Of a stretch of 64,000 nucleotides of DNA, positions 45,878 to 57,248 are shown piece after piece. The notes under the pieces are model-generated. The model made no database searches. It worked only from the letters and a program-made list of their open reading frames with translations, and was not told the origin of the DNA. The DNA lies in assembly GCA_023334545.1 (NCBI GenBank), contig JAADVB010000091.1:1-64000 (forward strand), given 5' to 3'. Origin of the DNA: Salisapilia sapeloensis CBS 127946 (taxonomy: Eukaryota; Protista; Oomycota). A program made the position numbers and the translations under genes. How positions within the stretch are numbered: position 1 is the first letter of the stretch; every line of letters begins with the position of its first letter.

Positions 45878-47564
45878 ATGAAGGCCTTTCGTTCGGTGGC
45901 CCAGCGAGTTGGCATGCATAAATGTAGTTTCATTAAGCCCCACGCTGCTGCATGTGGTCATGCAATATCAGGTAAAATGATGGACCATGGAAAGCGCATG
46001 TTTGGGTCGGATGGCATGGACGCCTTCCTCGAATTTGAGCGTGAGATGGCATTAAAACGCAAGAAAAAGGTATGTTGCCGTCTGTATATAATTGTCTACT
46101 ATATCTAACGGTGTGCCGAAGTAGGAAGGGTATACACCGAGTGGTCCAGTCCAAAAGCCTGAGAAGCCAAAGGACGAAGAATGCTGTGGCATGGACTGCC
46201 CCAACTGCGTGCTCCTAATCTATCAGGAAAAACTGTTGGAGTACGAGCTTAGTCAGATGGAAGGAGGTGGAGATGAGTCCGAGCAGGTGACATTACCTCC
46301 TCCAAAGTACAACGTCTCGCTCCTAGAACCGGATGAGTCGTTAACGAGAGAAGACCAAGTACAGATGCGTCTAAATGACCAAAGCTGCTTTGACGTCGTC
46401 GAGAACAAAGTCCTGAGCCGGGAACATGCAACTCGAACAGGCGAGGCAAGGTCAGTGCATCATCTAGAGCTAGCAATACGACCGGACCAGCAGGAATTTG
46501 TGACAGAAGACGCTGCCAACGCTGCTGTGTACGTGCCAAACGAGAAAGATCTCGTGGATCGAGTGCTCTCTCGTCTTCAAGTCGACGGTAGCAGGTACTA
46601 CAAAGCGTCTGTGATGGAGCATGAAGATGATCCTGTACGTAAAAGCAAGCAATGCGCCCCGACGCACCCATTTCTCGAAATAGGAAGCGTGCGAGACGCG
46701 CTTACATGGACGTTTGATTTATTCTCGACACCTCGATCGAGTTTCTTACGCCACTTGTCAGCGTACGCTACAGATCGTGATGAAGAGGCTGCGTTGAAAC
46801 AACCTCAAGCGAGTGAACGACTGCTGGAGGACATCGGACAAGAGTTCATGACCGTGGCGGATGTGTTCGACCAGTTCCCTTCCATCCACATAGACTTTCG
46901 CTCGTTCTTTCAATTGGCGCCATTGAACCCACCGAGGTACTACACTGTGTCTTCGTCTCGAAGGTTCAACCGAGATAGCGTCGCCATCACGTTCGGTCTA
47001 CGAGACGTTTTGCCAGTGCCGCGATGCTCCCACTACATGTCTAAGATGACACCTGGCGCCAGCAGTTTACGCGCGCAATTGTGCGAATCATCGTTTGTCT
47101 TTCCACGACAGGATCATCGGCCATTGATGATGGTCAGTGCTGGTACTGGCATTGCCCCCTTTCGTGCGTTTGTCCAAGACCTTCGATTTGAAGAATCAAG
47201 TCGCAAAGCTTACCTGTTTTATGGGTGCCGCGATCCGTCCGTAGATTTTCTGTACAGACGTGAGATGGAGCAAGCACGAGCGGACGGGATCCTCGACCGC
47301 CTGCAAGTAGAGTTTTCGGCCAATAGCCAGCGATACGTCCAGCACGGACTCGCAGAGAATTTGGCATTGGTCGCTAGACACATCCTAGAAGAGGAAGGCT
47401 ATGTGTATGTATGCGGGAGTCGGGTAATGGGGAAAGCGGTTAAGGACACGCTAGCCGATGCACTGCAAACGCAGTACCCATCTCGCTTTCCAACGCGGTC
47501 GACGGCCGATGCGACGCTCTCTGAACGTATCGCCAGCCACCAAATAGTCACAGAATTATGGTAA
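45878..47564 (+). CDS. Oxidoreductase-like (CCxxxCxxC) domain fused to a cytochrome P450 reductase-type FAD/NAD(P)H module, putative mitochondrial, one intron
   Basis: Exon 45878-46069, intron 46070-46124, exon 46125-47564. Motifs KPEKPKDEECCGMDCPNCVLLIY, PRYYTVSSS, MMVSAGTGIAPFRAF, LFYGCR, RYVQ, VYVCGS and C-terminal ELW. Confidence 0.85.
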
Positions 47565-47698
47565 TAAAAGCACAACTTTCCGACGTATTTTATGCGTCTC
47601 GTCCCAGAAAACGTAAACCTAACCCATCCGGAAGGCACCCCGACTCAGGGATGCCAGTTCGTACCGTCTCATACGTCCGCCTCATACTTGCCTTGACT

Positions 47699-48421
47699 AT
47701 GCTACCACGTTACAGACCGGCAGTCGACGTCATTTGCTTATTCGCGCTCATGAGCACAATCCAGCGCCACAGCAGCTCCTTCGGGCAAAATGGAGGATGC
47801 GAAAGTAGTATCTCTTCCAAATGTTCCTCCCCGCTCGCAACCACCTACCCGACGCAGCCCACGTACCGCCGGACGTTCCGACCCTTGAAGAAGGGCGTGA
47901 CGTACGACCGCCATGGAGACGTCCTGAATTGTCGCTTCTGCGCCATCCTAAGCGCCCGCGCAGAAGACTTTTTATACGAAGACAAGGAAATCGCAGTCTT
48001 CCGACCACTCGCACCCGTCGCACCGTCTCATATCCTCGTCGTGCCCCGCTGTCACGTCCGGAACGTCAATCACTTGCAGCGAACGGACTTGGCACTCTTG
48101 TATCGCATGAAGACCGTCGCAGAGCGTGTGCTTGGCGAACAATTCGCTTCCTTAACGACATTAGAAGCATCCTCTTCCAGCACAGGTCCAGACACGACCG
48201 CCGCGACATGCAAATTCGCTTTCCACACACCTCCATTCAACAGCATCGATCACGTCCACATGCATGCTTTTCGAGTCGACGAGCAACCGTCAGTCGGGAC
48301 AATCGGAGCCATCAAGTTCCGAACGGCAACATGGTGGTGTCGGTCCTATGAAGAGATATTGCGTCGACTACAAGGCATGCATGACGCGACGACGCCGCAC
48401 TCGGACGATTCGAACCTCTAG
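47699..48421 (+). CDS. HINT3: Histidine triad protein (HINT3-like); start codon uncertain
   Basis: CRFC..LYEDKEIAVFRPLAPVAPSHILVVPRCHV..FHTPPFNSIDHVHMHAF (HxHxH at 48251-48265)..KF....WW. Confidence 0.85.
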   Translation: MLPRYRPAVDVICLFALMSTIQRHSSSFGQNGGCESSISSKCSSPLATTYPTQPTYRRTFRPLKKGVTYDRHGDVLNCRFCAILSARAEDFLYEDKEIAVFRPLAPVAPSHILVVPRCHVRNVNHLQRTDLALLYRMKTVAERVLGEQFASLTTLEASSSSTGPDTTAATCKFAFHTPPFNSIDHVHMHAFRVDEQPSVGTIGAIKFRTATWWCRSYEEILRRLQGMHDATTPHSDDSNL

Positions 48422-48492
48422 ACTGATATTTCTTATGCAGCCACTATATTTAAAATCAACCGCATGTACACAACCACTTGCTTTCGTCTTAT

Positions 48493-49867
48493 CTACGGGC
48501 TTTGCGTCGTCTCCACCAGTTTGTTCACAACTTTCGGCAGTAGCCCTCGGTGTTTCGACAGCACCTCCATCTGGAAGAGACAGTCGAGTAAAGCGCTTTC
48601 AATCTCTTCCTGTTCCTCCTCTTCTCTCGACGTCTCGAGCGCCTCCATCAACACCGTCATGACCGCAGGCTTCACCACGTCCTCAAACACGGCCGAGTCG
48701 TCTGCTTCATTCGACAGATTCGAGATAGACGCTTGGTTCGTATGGCTCACCTCCTGCACCGTCTCTTTTGGCTTGGTCGAGTTCAGTCGGATGGTGTCAA
48801 AGTCCCACTCGCTGTACGCTTGTGCATGCTTCGGCTGGACATTGCCTCGACCCATGGGCAGCGTATCGTCAGAGTTGTCGTTGGTCTTTTCTCCGCGAGA
48901 GGTCTCGCTTTCCAACGGCACTTGTGTATGCTCCAGCAACTCTCGCAAGACAGAAATGTCCTGCGCTGTCTGGATAAACGGATGCTCGAGCAACTCGACG
49001 GCAGAAGGTCGTTGCTGAGGGGCTTTCACGAGACACGTCGCGACAAAGTCTTTGAATTCACGCGAAAACTCACCGTCCAACGTCGGCGGATCGTTCGCAG
49101 GGATCATAAACAGCACTTTCATCGGGTGCGTATCCGAGTACGGCGGCTGGCCTTTGGCCATTTCGATTGCTGTGATGCCGAGAGACCAAATGTCTGCTTT
49201 GCTGTCGTAGTGCGCCTGCTTGATGACTTCTGGCGCCATCCAGAAGGGTGTGCCGACGACAGAGTTGCGCTTGGTCATCGTCTCCGTGAGCTGTCCCGTC
49301 ACGCCAAAGTCAGCGAGCTTGACGTGTCCGTCGCCACTGAGCAAGACGTTGGCTGCTTTGATGTCTCGATGGATCTTACGTTCCGAGTGGAGGTAGGCGA
49401 TACCTTCCAATAGTTCTTTAAGTATAATGGCAATATATCGTTCTTCCAACGGCCCGGACTTGATAGTGTCGAGGATCGATCCGCCAGCGAGAAACTCCAT
49501 GATGATCCTACATGCGGGCATTAGCCGTGGATAAAGTTGCGTAGGTGAGAGGCGTACCATAGTTTCGAGCCGACGATGAAGGAGCCCATGTATTTGGTCA
49601 GTTGATTGCAAGAGCATTGGGACAGCACGTTGATTTCCTGCGTGGACAAGTGCTTGTTAAGACGAGTAGGTACGAGATAGTTGCGTCGTGTCAACGCACC
49701 TGTTGGACGTCATCGATCTCATCTCCGGCGCTCTCCAAGTCGACAATTTTCACGGCACACACTTCGTCCGTCCTCGTGTCAATCGCACGAAAGACGTCTC
49801 CGAAGGCGCCGCCACCAATCTGTTCTTGCAGCTCATAGTGCGACTTGAAATCTGCACCTCCACTCAT
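48493..49867 (-). CDS. STE20/GCK-III family kinase (STK24/25/26-like), two introns
   Basis: [30 protein letters not shown] | [53 protein letters not shown]. Helical C-terminal domain of GCK-III type. Confidence 0.93.
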
Positions 49868-50511
49868 TCTTGTGTACGTTGGAAGCGCGTGGTATCTACT
49901 ATCGCAAGTAACTCGAGTCGCAAAGGAAGGCAGTTGCTATCTCTTTCGTTGCTCTGTGCGCCTAGAACTGCGCTGCTGTGCTTGTGACGCTTCTAATCGG
50001 CGAACTTTCCACTTTGATGGTTTGGTGCGTGAAAATTTCAGACTTGTCAAAAATGGAGGACGTTTGCCAATATGTGGCTGCGGGCGGGAGGAGGCACAAA
50101 AGTCTGCTGTCCCGTCCACGTGGTGGCAACCGACAGGATCCTAATACATACTAGAGATCCGATACAAGACCTACACGTCTCGACGTAAACGTTGGGACAT
50201 GCCGCCAAGAGAGCGACGGATAGACCCCCTGTTTTGGCATTCCAGAAAACCTACCGGACGGCTGGATCGCACTTGTTTACATCCTGCCCGCACGGACTCT
50301 CGAGATAGAAGATAGTTCAATGCAACTAGGTTGCTTCGTCCCTTCTTCCGATCCTAGATCCGCACTGTGGAGACGAATTACGACCTTATAGAGATCAGAC
50401 CTATCGGAGAGATCATTTCAGCGCACGACGCCGCAAGATACCGTGCGGCCTAATTTACAATTGCGGGACTGGTAGATTTAGTGAACCCATCATTTTGACA
50501 CGCCAATCGAC

Positions 50512-52030
50512 ATGACGTCCATCGCACATGACAAACCGGCGCCAAGTGGCGAGCCACCAGCAAAACGCGTTCGATTCGCAGCGGTGCAGTCTTCCAATGA
50601 TGCCGTGCATCTTGCATTCGGTATAAACTCGCCTTTATATTTTAAAGATCGCTGCACAGGGCTAAAACTCTCTTCCAATGGATGCAGCTGGTGACGCAGC
50701 CCAGGTTACTGGCAACGACAAGCCAATTTACTTTTCTCCAAAATTTACGTACCATGCCTTCGGAACGGACGAACAGGTGGAAGGCTATGAAGGTCTCTCT
50801 ATCTCCATCATCTTTAGCAATTATGATTTTAAAGCTTTCGTCGCCATCGAATACGACGACAAGGAACCAACGTATCTGTGTTTTCGATTACTACACATAT
50901 ATCCAGTCTAATCGATACTGCCATAGCGCCATGGATTTGATAGACAAGTTAAAACTTTCGTTACCACCTCGATTCACCGCTGACAAGGATGAATTTCAAG
51001 CCTGGGTCTCCGAATCCAAAGCCTCCTTCGCCGTCCCTGGATCCCTCCTCACTTCGTACGATAGAGAAGTAAGTGACGAGCAACGCCACTTTGAAATCTA
51101 CGAATGCCACGTTGAAGATAACGAGCAAGCTCAAGCTTTGCTTGAAAACGCCCAAACGACTGCGCTATGGTTCATTGAAGGTAGGTAGAAATTATCAGCA
51201 TTTCATTACGTTCTGCAACTAAATATATCGCTGTAGGAGCGGATGCTGTGGATGTACAAGATCGTCGATGGGTCCTGTACATTATTTACGAGCGGCCGTC
51301 GAATGATCCAGAGACGTACATCCCAGTGGGCTATGTGACGCTCTTCAAGTTTGCCAAGCCATCGTCTCAGTCGCCTTTTGGTCAAGTAGAAATCCATCGG
51401 ATCTGCCAAGTACTCATCTACCCACCATATCAGCGCCAAGGTCACTGTGAAACCCTAGTGAACTTCTTGTGTGAGAAAGCTTGTGCGAACGAACGTGTTA
51501 GTGAAGTGACAGTGGAAGATCCTGTGCCAGGTTTCTCTGCCGTATGACTCTATTATTTGATTCCTCGATCTCATCTAACTAAATTGCACACTAGGTTCGA
51601 GACCTAGTGGATGCAAAGCGTTGTATCGAGCATAAATTTTTTTCCGTTGCTCCAAAAGACACCACGGCGGACACAAAAACTGGATTCGGAACCAATGCAC
51701 TATCGAATGCCGACATCCAAGCCGTCCAACAGGTATATACAAAAGATATTAACTCATTGATGATTCCGCTGAGTACATTGCTAGACTTTGAAGATAACAA
51801 GAGGACAAGTTCGACGATGCTACGAACTCTTCAAGCTCCGACTAATTGATAGGACCGACCAGGACGTGATGAAAAAGTTTCGGTTGGAAGTAAAGAAGCG
51901 GTTATTTAAGGAGAATCAAGAAGAACTGGACGGTATGGGCAGTGCCGACCGTCGGAAAGCGTTTTTAGAAGCCGAGTACCAGCAGCTCGAGCAACAGTAC
52001 GACGCGCTGCTCCTGAAGATTGCCCTTTGA
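50512..52030 (+). CDS. HAT1: Histone acetyltransferase type B catalytic subunit, multi-exon
   Basis: YFSPKFTYHAFGTDEQVEGYEGL; LENAQTTALWFIEG | ADAVD..W.LY.IYE; RICQVLIYPPYQRQGH; EVTVEDP..F; QVRRCYE..RLEVKKRL. Confidence 0.92.
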
Positions 52031-52499
52031 ATTGTATCCAATGACAGCACCTGATGTTGAATATCTACCAATCACGTTTGCCTATTTGACAGCCACTCGA
52101 TCCTCGTCTCCATTTCTGATGCTCATAATTCAATCGGAAGCTCAGCGAGGAAGTCGTCGTAAACTAGTGTTTTGTGTGTATGTCTCCGTAGGAACAAAAG
52201 TGCTGCTGGCCAACCTAGCCTTGGGCCTGACGCAGTCGGACTACGGAATAGCGATATGGGCTTCATCACCCGGCGTACTAATTCCAAGTGTGATCTTTCT
52301 TCATAGTCACTTCTTGACCTGTCTAAACGCTACATCTTGTAAAGATAAACAAATACAGTACAGTACCACAGTTGGATTGAAATTTGATGGCTTTTTCGAC
52401 TCTATAAAAAATTTCGTTCCTCTTGATCTATGTATGGGTGACTAGCCGCACTTGACAGACGTGCTCTGATCGTCATTTGGTAAATCACCTCCGGCCTGC

Positions 52500-55400
52500 A
52501 TGAGCAAGATCTGCGTCAGTCCGTACGAGGCACAAGTGGGAGTCGGTCATGAGGACACGCCTCTCTGCATAGCAAGTTGGGCCCACACAGAGGACCAAGT
52601 GCTGTATGCTGTCTACGGCTTTGCCGGCCTCCTCTTCCTTTCTATCGTCTGGACACTCCTCTCCCGACTCCAGAAAAAGTCGCTGCGTCGAGATGAGATC
52701 GGATTCTCGCTAACATACCGCCGATGGGCACAGACATCTCGTGCCGCTGCTATCATTGTACTTTTATTTCGTTCAAACACTTTGTATCATAAGTTCACGT
52801 CGTGAGCATGTAGAGTCGTCCGCTGCAGCTGGCCGTATCATGCTGTATCTTTGGCATCACAGCAGCCCGATGCTCGACGTACACAGTCGACACCATTCGA
52901 TATCACTTTGTCACGTTCTTTTACGCCCTCTCTCTCCTCGACGATGGCGTCCGATTCCTTGGCTCTCGTTACAAAATCCTCTACTGCTTCGACCCGTTGA
53001 CCTTGGTGGAGATCCTAAGCATTGCGTCTCACCTTGAAGTAGCCTACGGTCCCACTCACGTCGTGAATGGTGTTGAGAGTCGTACGTGGCTAGACTTTTC
53101 CGTCATGCGTCCAATCTTCATCTTTCGAGCGTTTGTCGAAATGGAGAGTCGAGTAGCTCGATCCTCTAAAGGCTGGATGATGGCACGTCTAGCCATGCGT
53201 ATTATCCTACTTATCATGGCTGGTGCGACAATTATCTTTTTTGTCGAAACGCTGGGGGAGATGCCGTACTTTGAAGACAATGGCTTTGCCCATCTGTACG
53301 CTTGTGACAATGGGACTGTGACCAAGCAGAGTGGAAATGATTGTAGCGACGAGACGTGGTCCGTCAGCTTTGCCTTTTACTTTATTATCGTGACACTCAG
53401 CACCGTCGGATACGGAGACAACTCTCCTTCGACCGTCATCAGTCGTCTGCTCATCATCGTCTTCATCGTCATGGGCATCATTCTCTTTTCCATGGAAGTC
53501 GAGACGCTCGTGGGACTGTACAACCTTCGGCAGGTGGGCAACCCGCCGTACAAGGTCAAGCCTGAACGCAGTCACGTCGTTCTCATGGGCAATCCATCGT
53601 TCTCTCAGCTCCTGTCCATCTTACGAGAACTCTTTCATGAAGATCATGTGCATGATGCAGGTGGAGCAGATCGTTTCCATGCCGTCGTCCTAGGTGAACG
53701 CAAGTCGAAATTCACAGACGGACTCATCGATCGGATACAGACGGATCCGGTCTTTGCTGCGAGAGTCACGTACGTCGCTGGAAGTGCCACGAACTCGGAC
53801 GATCTAGACCGAGCTCATGTGCGAGACGCGGACGCCGTGATGGTGTTCCCTGATAAGCTAGCAGAGGACGCAGAGAGTGAAGACGCACGGAACATTATGC
53901 GTGTGCTAGCGACACGTCGACATTGTGGACCAAAGATGCGTGTACTTGTCATGGTTCTTCGAGCTGAGAACGCTAGGCACATGCTGGCTGGAGGTGTTGA
54001 CCGGGACGATATCATCTGTGACAACGTGATGAAGATGGGTGCCTTGGCCCAAAGCGCCGTTGCACCAGGTACATCCACGATGCTGGCGAATCTAGCATCC
54101 AGTCTCTCAGTCGGTACGAACGACGTGGGGCATGCAAAGAAAGGAAAGCTATTGAGTCTAAAGAGCAAGGAGCATGCGATGAGTATCGAGCGTCCGACTG
54201 TTGCATCCAGCACGGCTTCGAACGCACGAGACTGGAAGAACGAGTACTATGCCGGTGCGAGTAAAGAGATGTACTTGATCCAGCTCTCGAGCAAGTACGC
54301 CGGCGTCACATTCGCACAGGCTTCTGCGCGTATTCTAAAAGACACGAATGGAGGTGTCGTCCTCGTTGCCGTGGAAGTATTGCTACCGGATGGAGAGCCT
54401 CGCGTTCTCTTGAACCCAGGACAAAGTCTCGTTGTGAGCGAGTGGATGCAGTGCTACGTCGTTGCAGATGACATCGAGCACGTCCTACAGCACGGTGTCT
54501 GTGTGAGTGACCATCAACAAGTCTTTTCAGACGATATGGTGCAGCCTAAAGTGGATGCATCGTCTCCTCAGAGCATGCAAGACGAGGACGAACGAGAAGT
54601 GACGACCAAGTATGCTGCTATGACCAGTCCGTCCGTCGGGAACCGCAGTCCGGCACTACGCAGTCAGTCAACGACGCAAGCAAGGGATAGGGCGAAAGGC
54701 AGTGCGATCGCCAATTCGCTTCAGACCATTGCACAGAACTTGGCACCGACGCACGCCGAGATTCCATACGATTCGGTGATGCACAGCATGATGCAAGGTC
54801 GGTCTCGAGGTGTCAGTGTGAACATCCCGTCGTGTCAGAACAGAGAACCGTCGCTCGATCCGCCACCTCTGGAGGTTTTGTTGAATAAAGATCATATTGT
54901 CGTCTGCTCCTTCTTGGGAGATGAAGCACTTTCAAGTCTCCAGTGGCTTCTACTGCCGCTACGAGGTGCCTACGCTGAGAAGCATCCTCCCGTGACGATT
55001 TTAGACGCGACGGAGCCCAGTACAAACCTCATTAATACCTTGGGTGTCTACAAGGACGTCTTCTACGTCAAGGGCAGTCCACTCATCTACAGCGACTTGC
55101 AGCGTGCTGGTGCAAAAGCTGCGAATGCAGTGGTGGTGTTGGGCAGACGTGCGAGTGGACGGAAGAGTGAGGAGATGGGGGAGGCGTGGAGTAAACTCCA
55201 GTCGAGCATCGGTGACTCTGAAGCTGTGTTTGCCACGATGCTCGTGGAGCTCAAGATGGACTTTACACGCATCTTTACCATCACGGAGCTGGCGGACGAG
55301 GCAAACTCGAGGTTCCTAGGTATGAGTTTCCAGCTCAAGAGTCTGCATGTGCAGCAGGTACAGGATAATCTCGGTGGTGTCGACGTCGGGTACGCTGCGA

Positions 55401-55993
55401 TGGAGCTAGACACGCTCCGCCCACGGAGCTTTTGGGACCAAATGCTATCCAACAATCAGTCATCAGAAGGTGCTGATCAGGCCATCTACGGTCTCCCGCT
55501 CTACATGTCCGGGAGGTTGCTGCATCCAGAGTTTTGTGAAAGTCTTTTGATTCAAACGTTCTACAATCCCTCGATCCATAAGATCATGCGACAGCTCGTG
55601 GGTGGACCGAGGTGCACTGGTGTTTTCCACAGCTTCAACGTCCCGACGCATCTCAAGGGCGGATGCACGTACGGCGACGTTTTTGATGCGTTTGCACTGT
55701 CGAGGTACTCTGGTGTGTGCATTGGCGTATATCGGATATCGACGCAAGTGCTCGGTGGAGGCCACGCTGTCAAGCTACCGATCATCATCACGGCGCCGAC
55801 GAGAGACTTTTACATTACGGACGATGATAAACTCTTTGTCCTCATTGGCGTTCATACGATCCAACGTGCTGCGAGGCGCATTCAAGGCATGTATTGGAAG
55901 ATGAAGAAGGGTCGTGGCAAAGCGACAGCAGGTGCGACGTCGTCTGGTCCGAGCAAAGTGAAATCTTTTATAAAGAGCGCGACGCTCATGTAA
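52500..55993 (+). CDS. Slo/BK-family potassium channel with RCK domains, multi-exon at the 5' end
   Basis: TM segments. Pore FYFIIVTLSTVGYGD. RCK1 (HVVLMG..ILRELFH..YVAGS...DL.RA..ADAVMVF) and RCK2 (HIVVC..YVKGSPL..DLQRAG..A.AVVVL..ITELADE..LYMSGR). Confidence 0.93.
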
Positions 55994-56027
55994 ACGATAA
56001 GGCATGTGCCTTAGACTAAACATTTCG

Positions 56028-57080
56028 TTACTTTCTATACGCTTTTGCCCTTTTGTCATTCGCTTGTTGTCGCTTGCGTTTCTTGGATGGCTTCTGCTGT
56101 GGGTGGGAGTGTGGCTGCAGGAGCTCATAGATTTCTTCCAGCATCTCAGCTGTCACTTTTACTAGCTTTGGATGGTCTGTTGTATTCCTTCGTCCTTTTG
56201 GAATGAAGATAAAGGTCTGGGAGTCCCAAATGGGAAACGACTTCTTGTCCAGCACCTTCTTGTTCGAATACCCAGGGTACATGCATCGGTCGAAGACCAC
56301 GCTTTGGTGCAAGTCTAGGCCGCCTTCATCCGCAAGTGACTCAATGCCCCAGTGTTGGAATGGAGGTTTGGTCTTGTGGGTAATATGCAGTTGTCCTTGG
56401 TCCGTCAGAATGTTTTGGAGCGTAGACTTGAATCCGTAATTGCTGAAAAAGTCTCGAAGGAGCTGCTTGTTTGTCTCCATCTCCTGGTTCTGACCGTCTG
56501 CGCCACGAGGCATACGAATGCAGGGGAAGTTCCAAATCACGCGGTCGACAGGACCAAAGGACTTTAAGTGATCAGAATTCGTCGCGTCCGTGTCGTGTGC
56601 GACTCGTACATTTTCCAGTGCACGTAATTCCTCCAATATCTGGCCAGCGTCTGGGTACGTATTCAGCACGGACTCTTGACTTTCATGTGAAGTTGCAATA
56701 ACTTCGACCCCATGCGGAGCTAAAGCACGAGCCAATGCTAGGCTATATGAAAAGTTTCCATCTCCAAGTGTCAGTACTCGCTTAATCCTAGAAGCGTCAT
56801 AGAGACCAATGACACCGTCAGCAGACCCTGATGCAGGTAGCTTACTACCGCTATTCGTTTGTGTATGGGAAATGTGACGAGGACAGCACTCGGGTCGTTG
56901 ATTTGGAAGCAGCCCAGGACGCGAATGCACCACAAGTTTGTAGGCACAAGGTCGGCACTGGTGTTTTATAGCACACTCCAGAGTGGACGGATGTACATAA
57001 AGTTTATCTAGAAACCTAGTTATGATATCTTGGCCTTTTCCATCCTCCTTGGTATCGATTAAGCCTTCCTTATCAGCCAT
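56028..57080 (-). CDS. BMT5: 25S rRNA (uridine-N3)-methyltransferase BMT5-like (DUF2431) protein
   Basis: VLTLGDGNFSYSLALAR, IATSHES, DRVIWNFPC, NKQLLRDFF, LHITHK..PF.HW.I..LA, F...YPGY.NK. Confidence 0.85.
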   Translation of the reverse strand: MADKEGLIDTKEDGKGQDIITRFLDKLYVHPSTLECAIKHQCRPCAYKLVVHSRPGLLPNQRPECCPRHISHTQTNSGSKLPASGSADGVIGLYDASRIKRVLTLGDGNFSYSLALARALAPHGVEVIATSHESQESVLNTYPDAGQILEELRALENVRVAHDTDATNSDHLKSFGPVDRVIWNFPCIRMPRGADGQNQEMETNKQLLRDFFSNYGFKSTLQNILTDQGQLHITHKTKPPFQHWGIESLADEGGLDLHQSVVFDRCMYPGYSNKKVLDKKSFPIWDSQTFIFIPKGRRNTTDHPKLVKVTAEMLEEIYELLQPHSHPQQKPSKKRKRQQANDKRAKAYRK

Positions 57081-57248
57081 GCTACGACTTGACCGTTTTG
57101 TGTCCAATTACGTTGTCAATGCATGTAATAATAAAGAACATAGGCAAGTGTCCGTATTTTTCCAAGAATTTGTCTTTCGTTATCTTTCGCTTTGGCTCGA
57201 GGTTTCTGATACCCCTTCCATGCCAAGTAGATACTTGGATATCCCAAC

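Noticed and set aside
52030-52500. Possible small gene between HAT1 and the Slo channel (either strand)
   Set aside because: The trial splice models gave inconsistent frames or very short products, with no recognisable motif.
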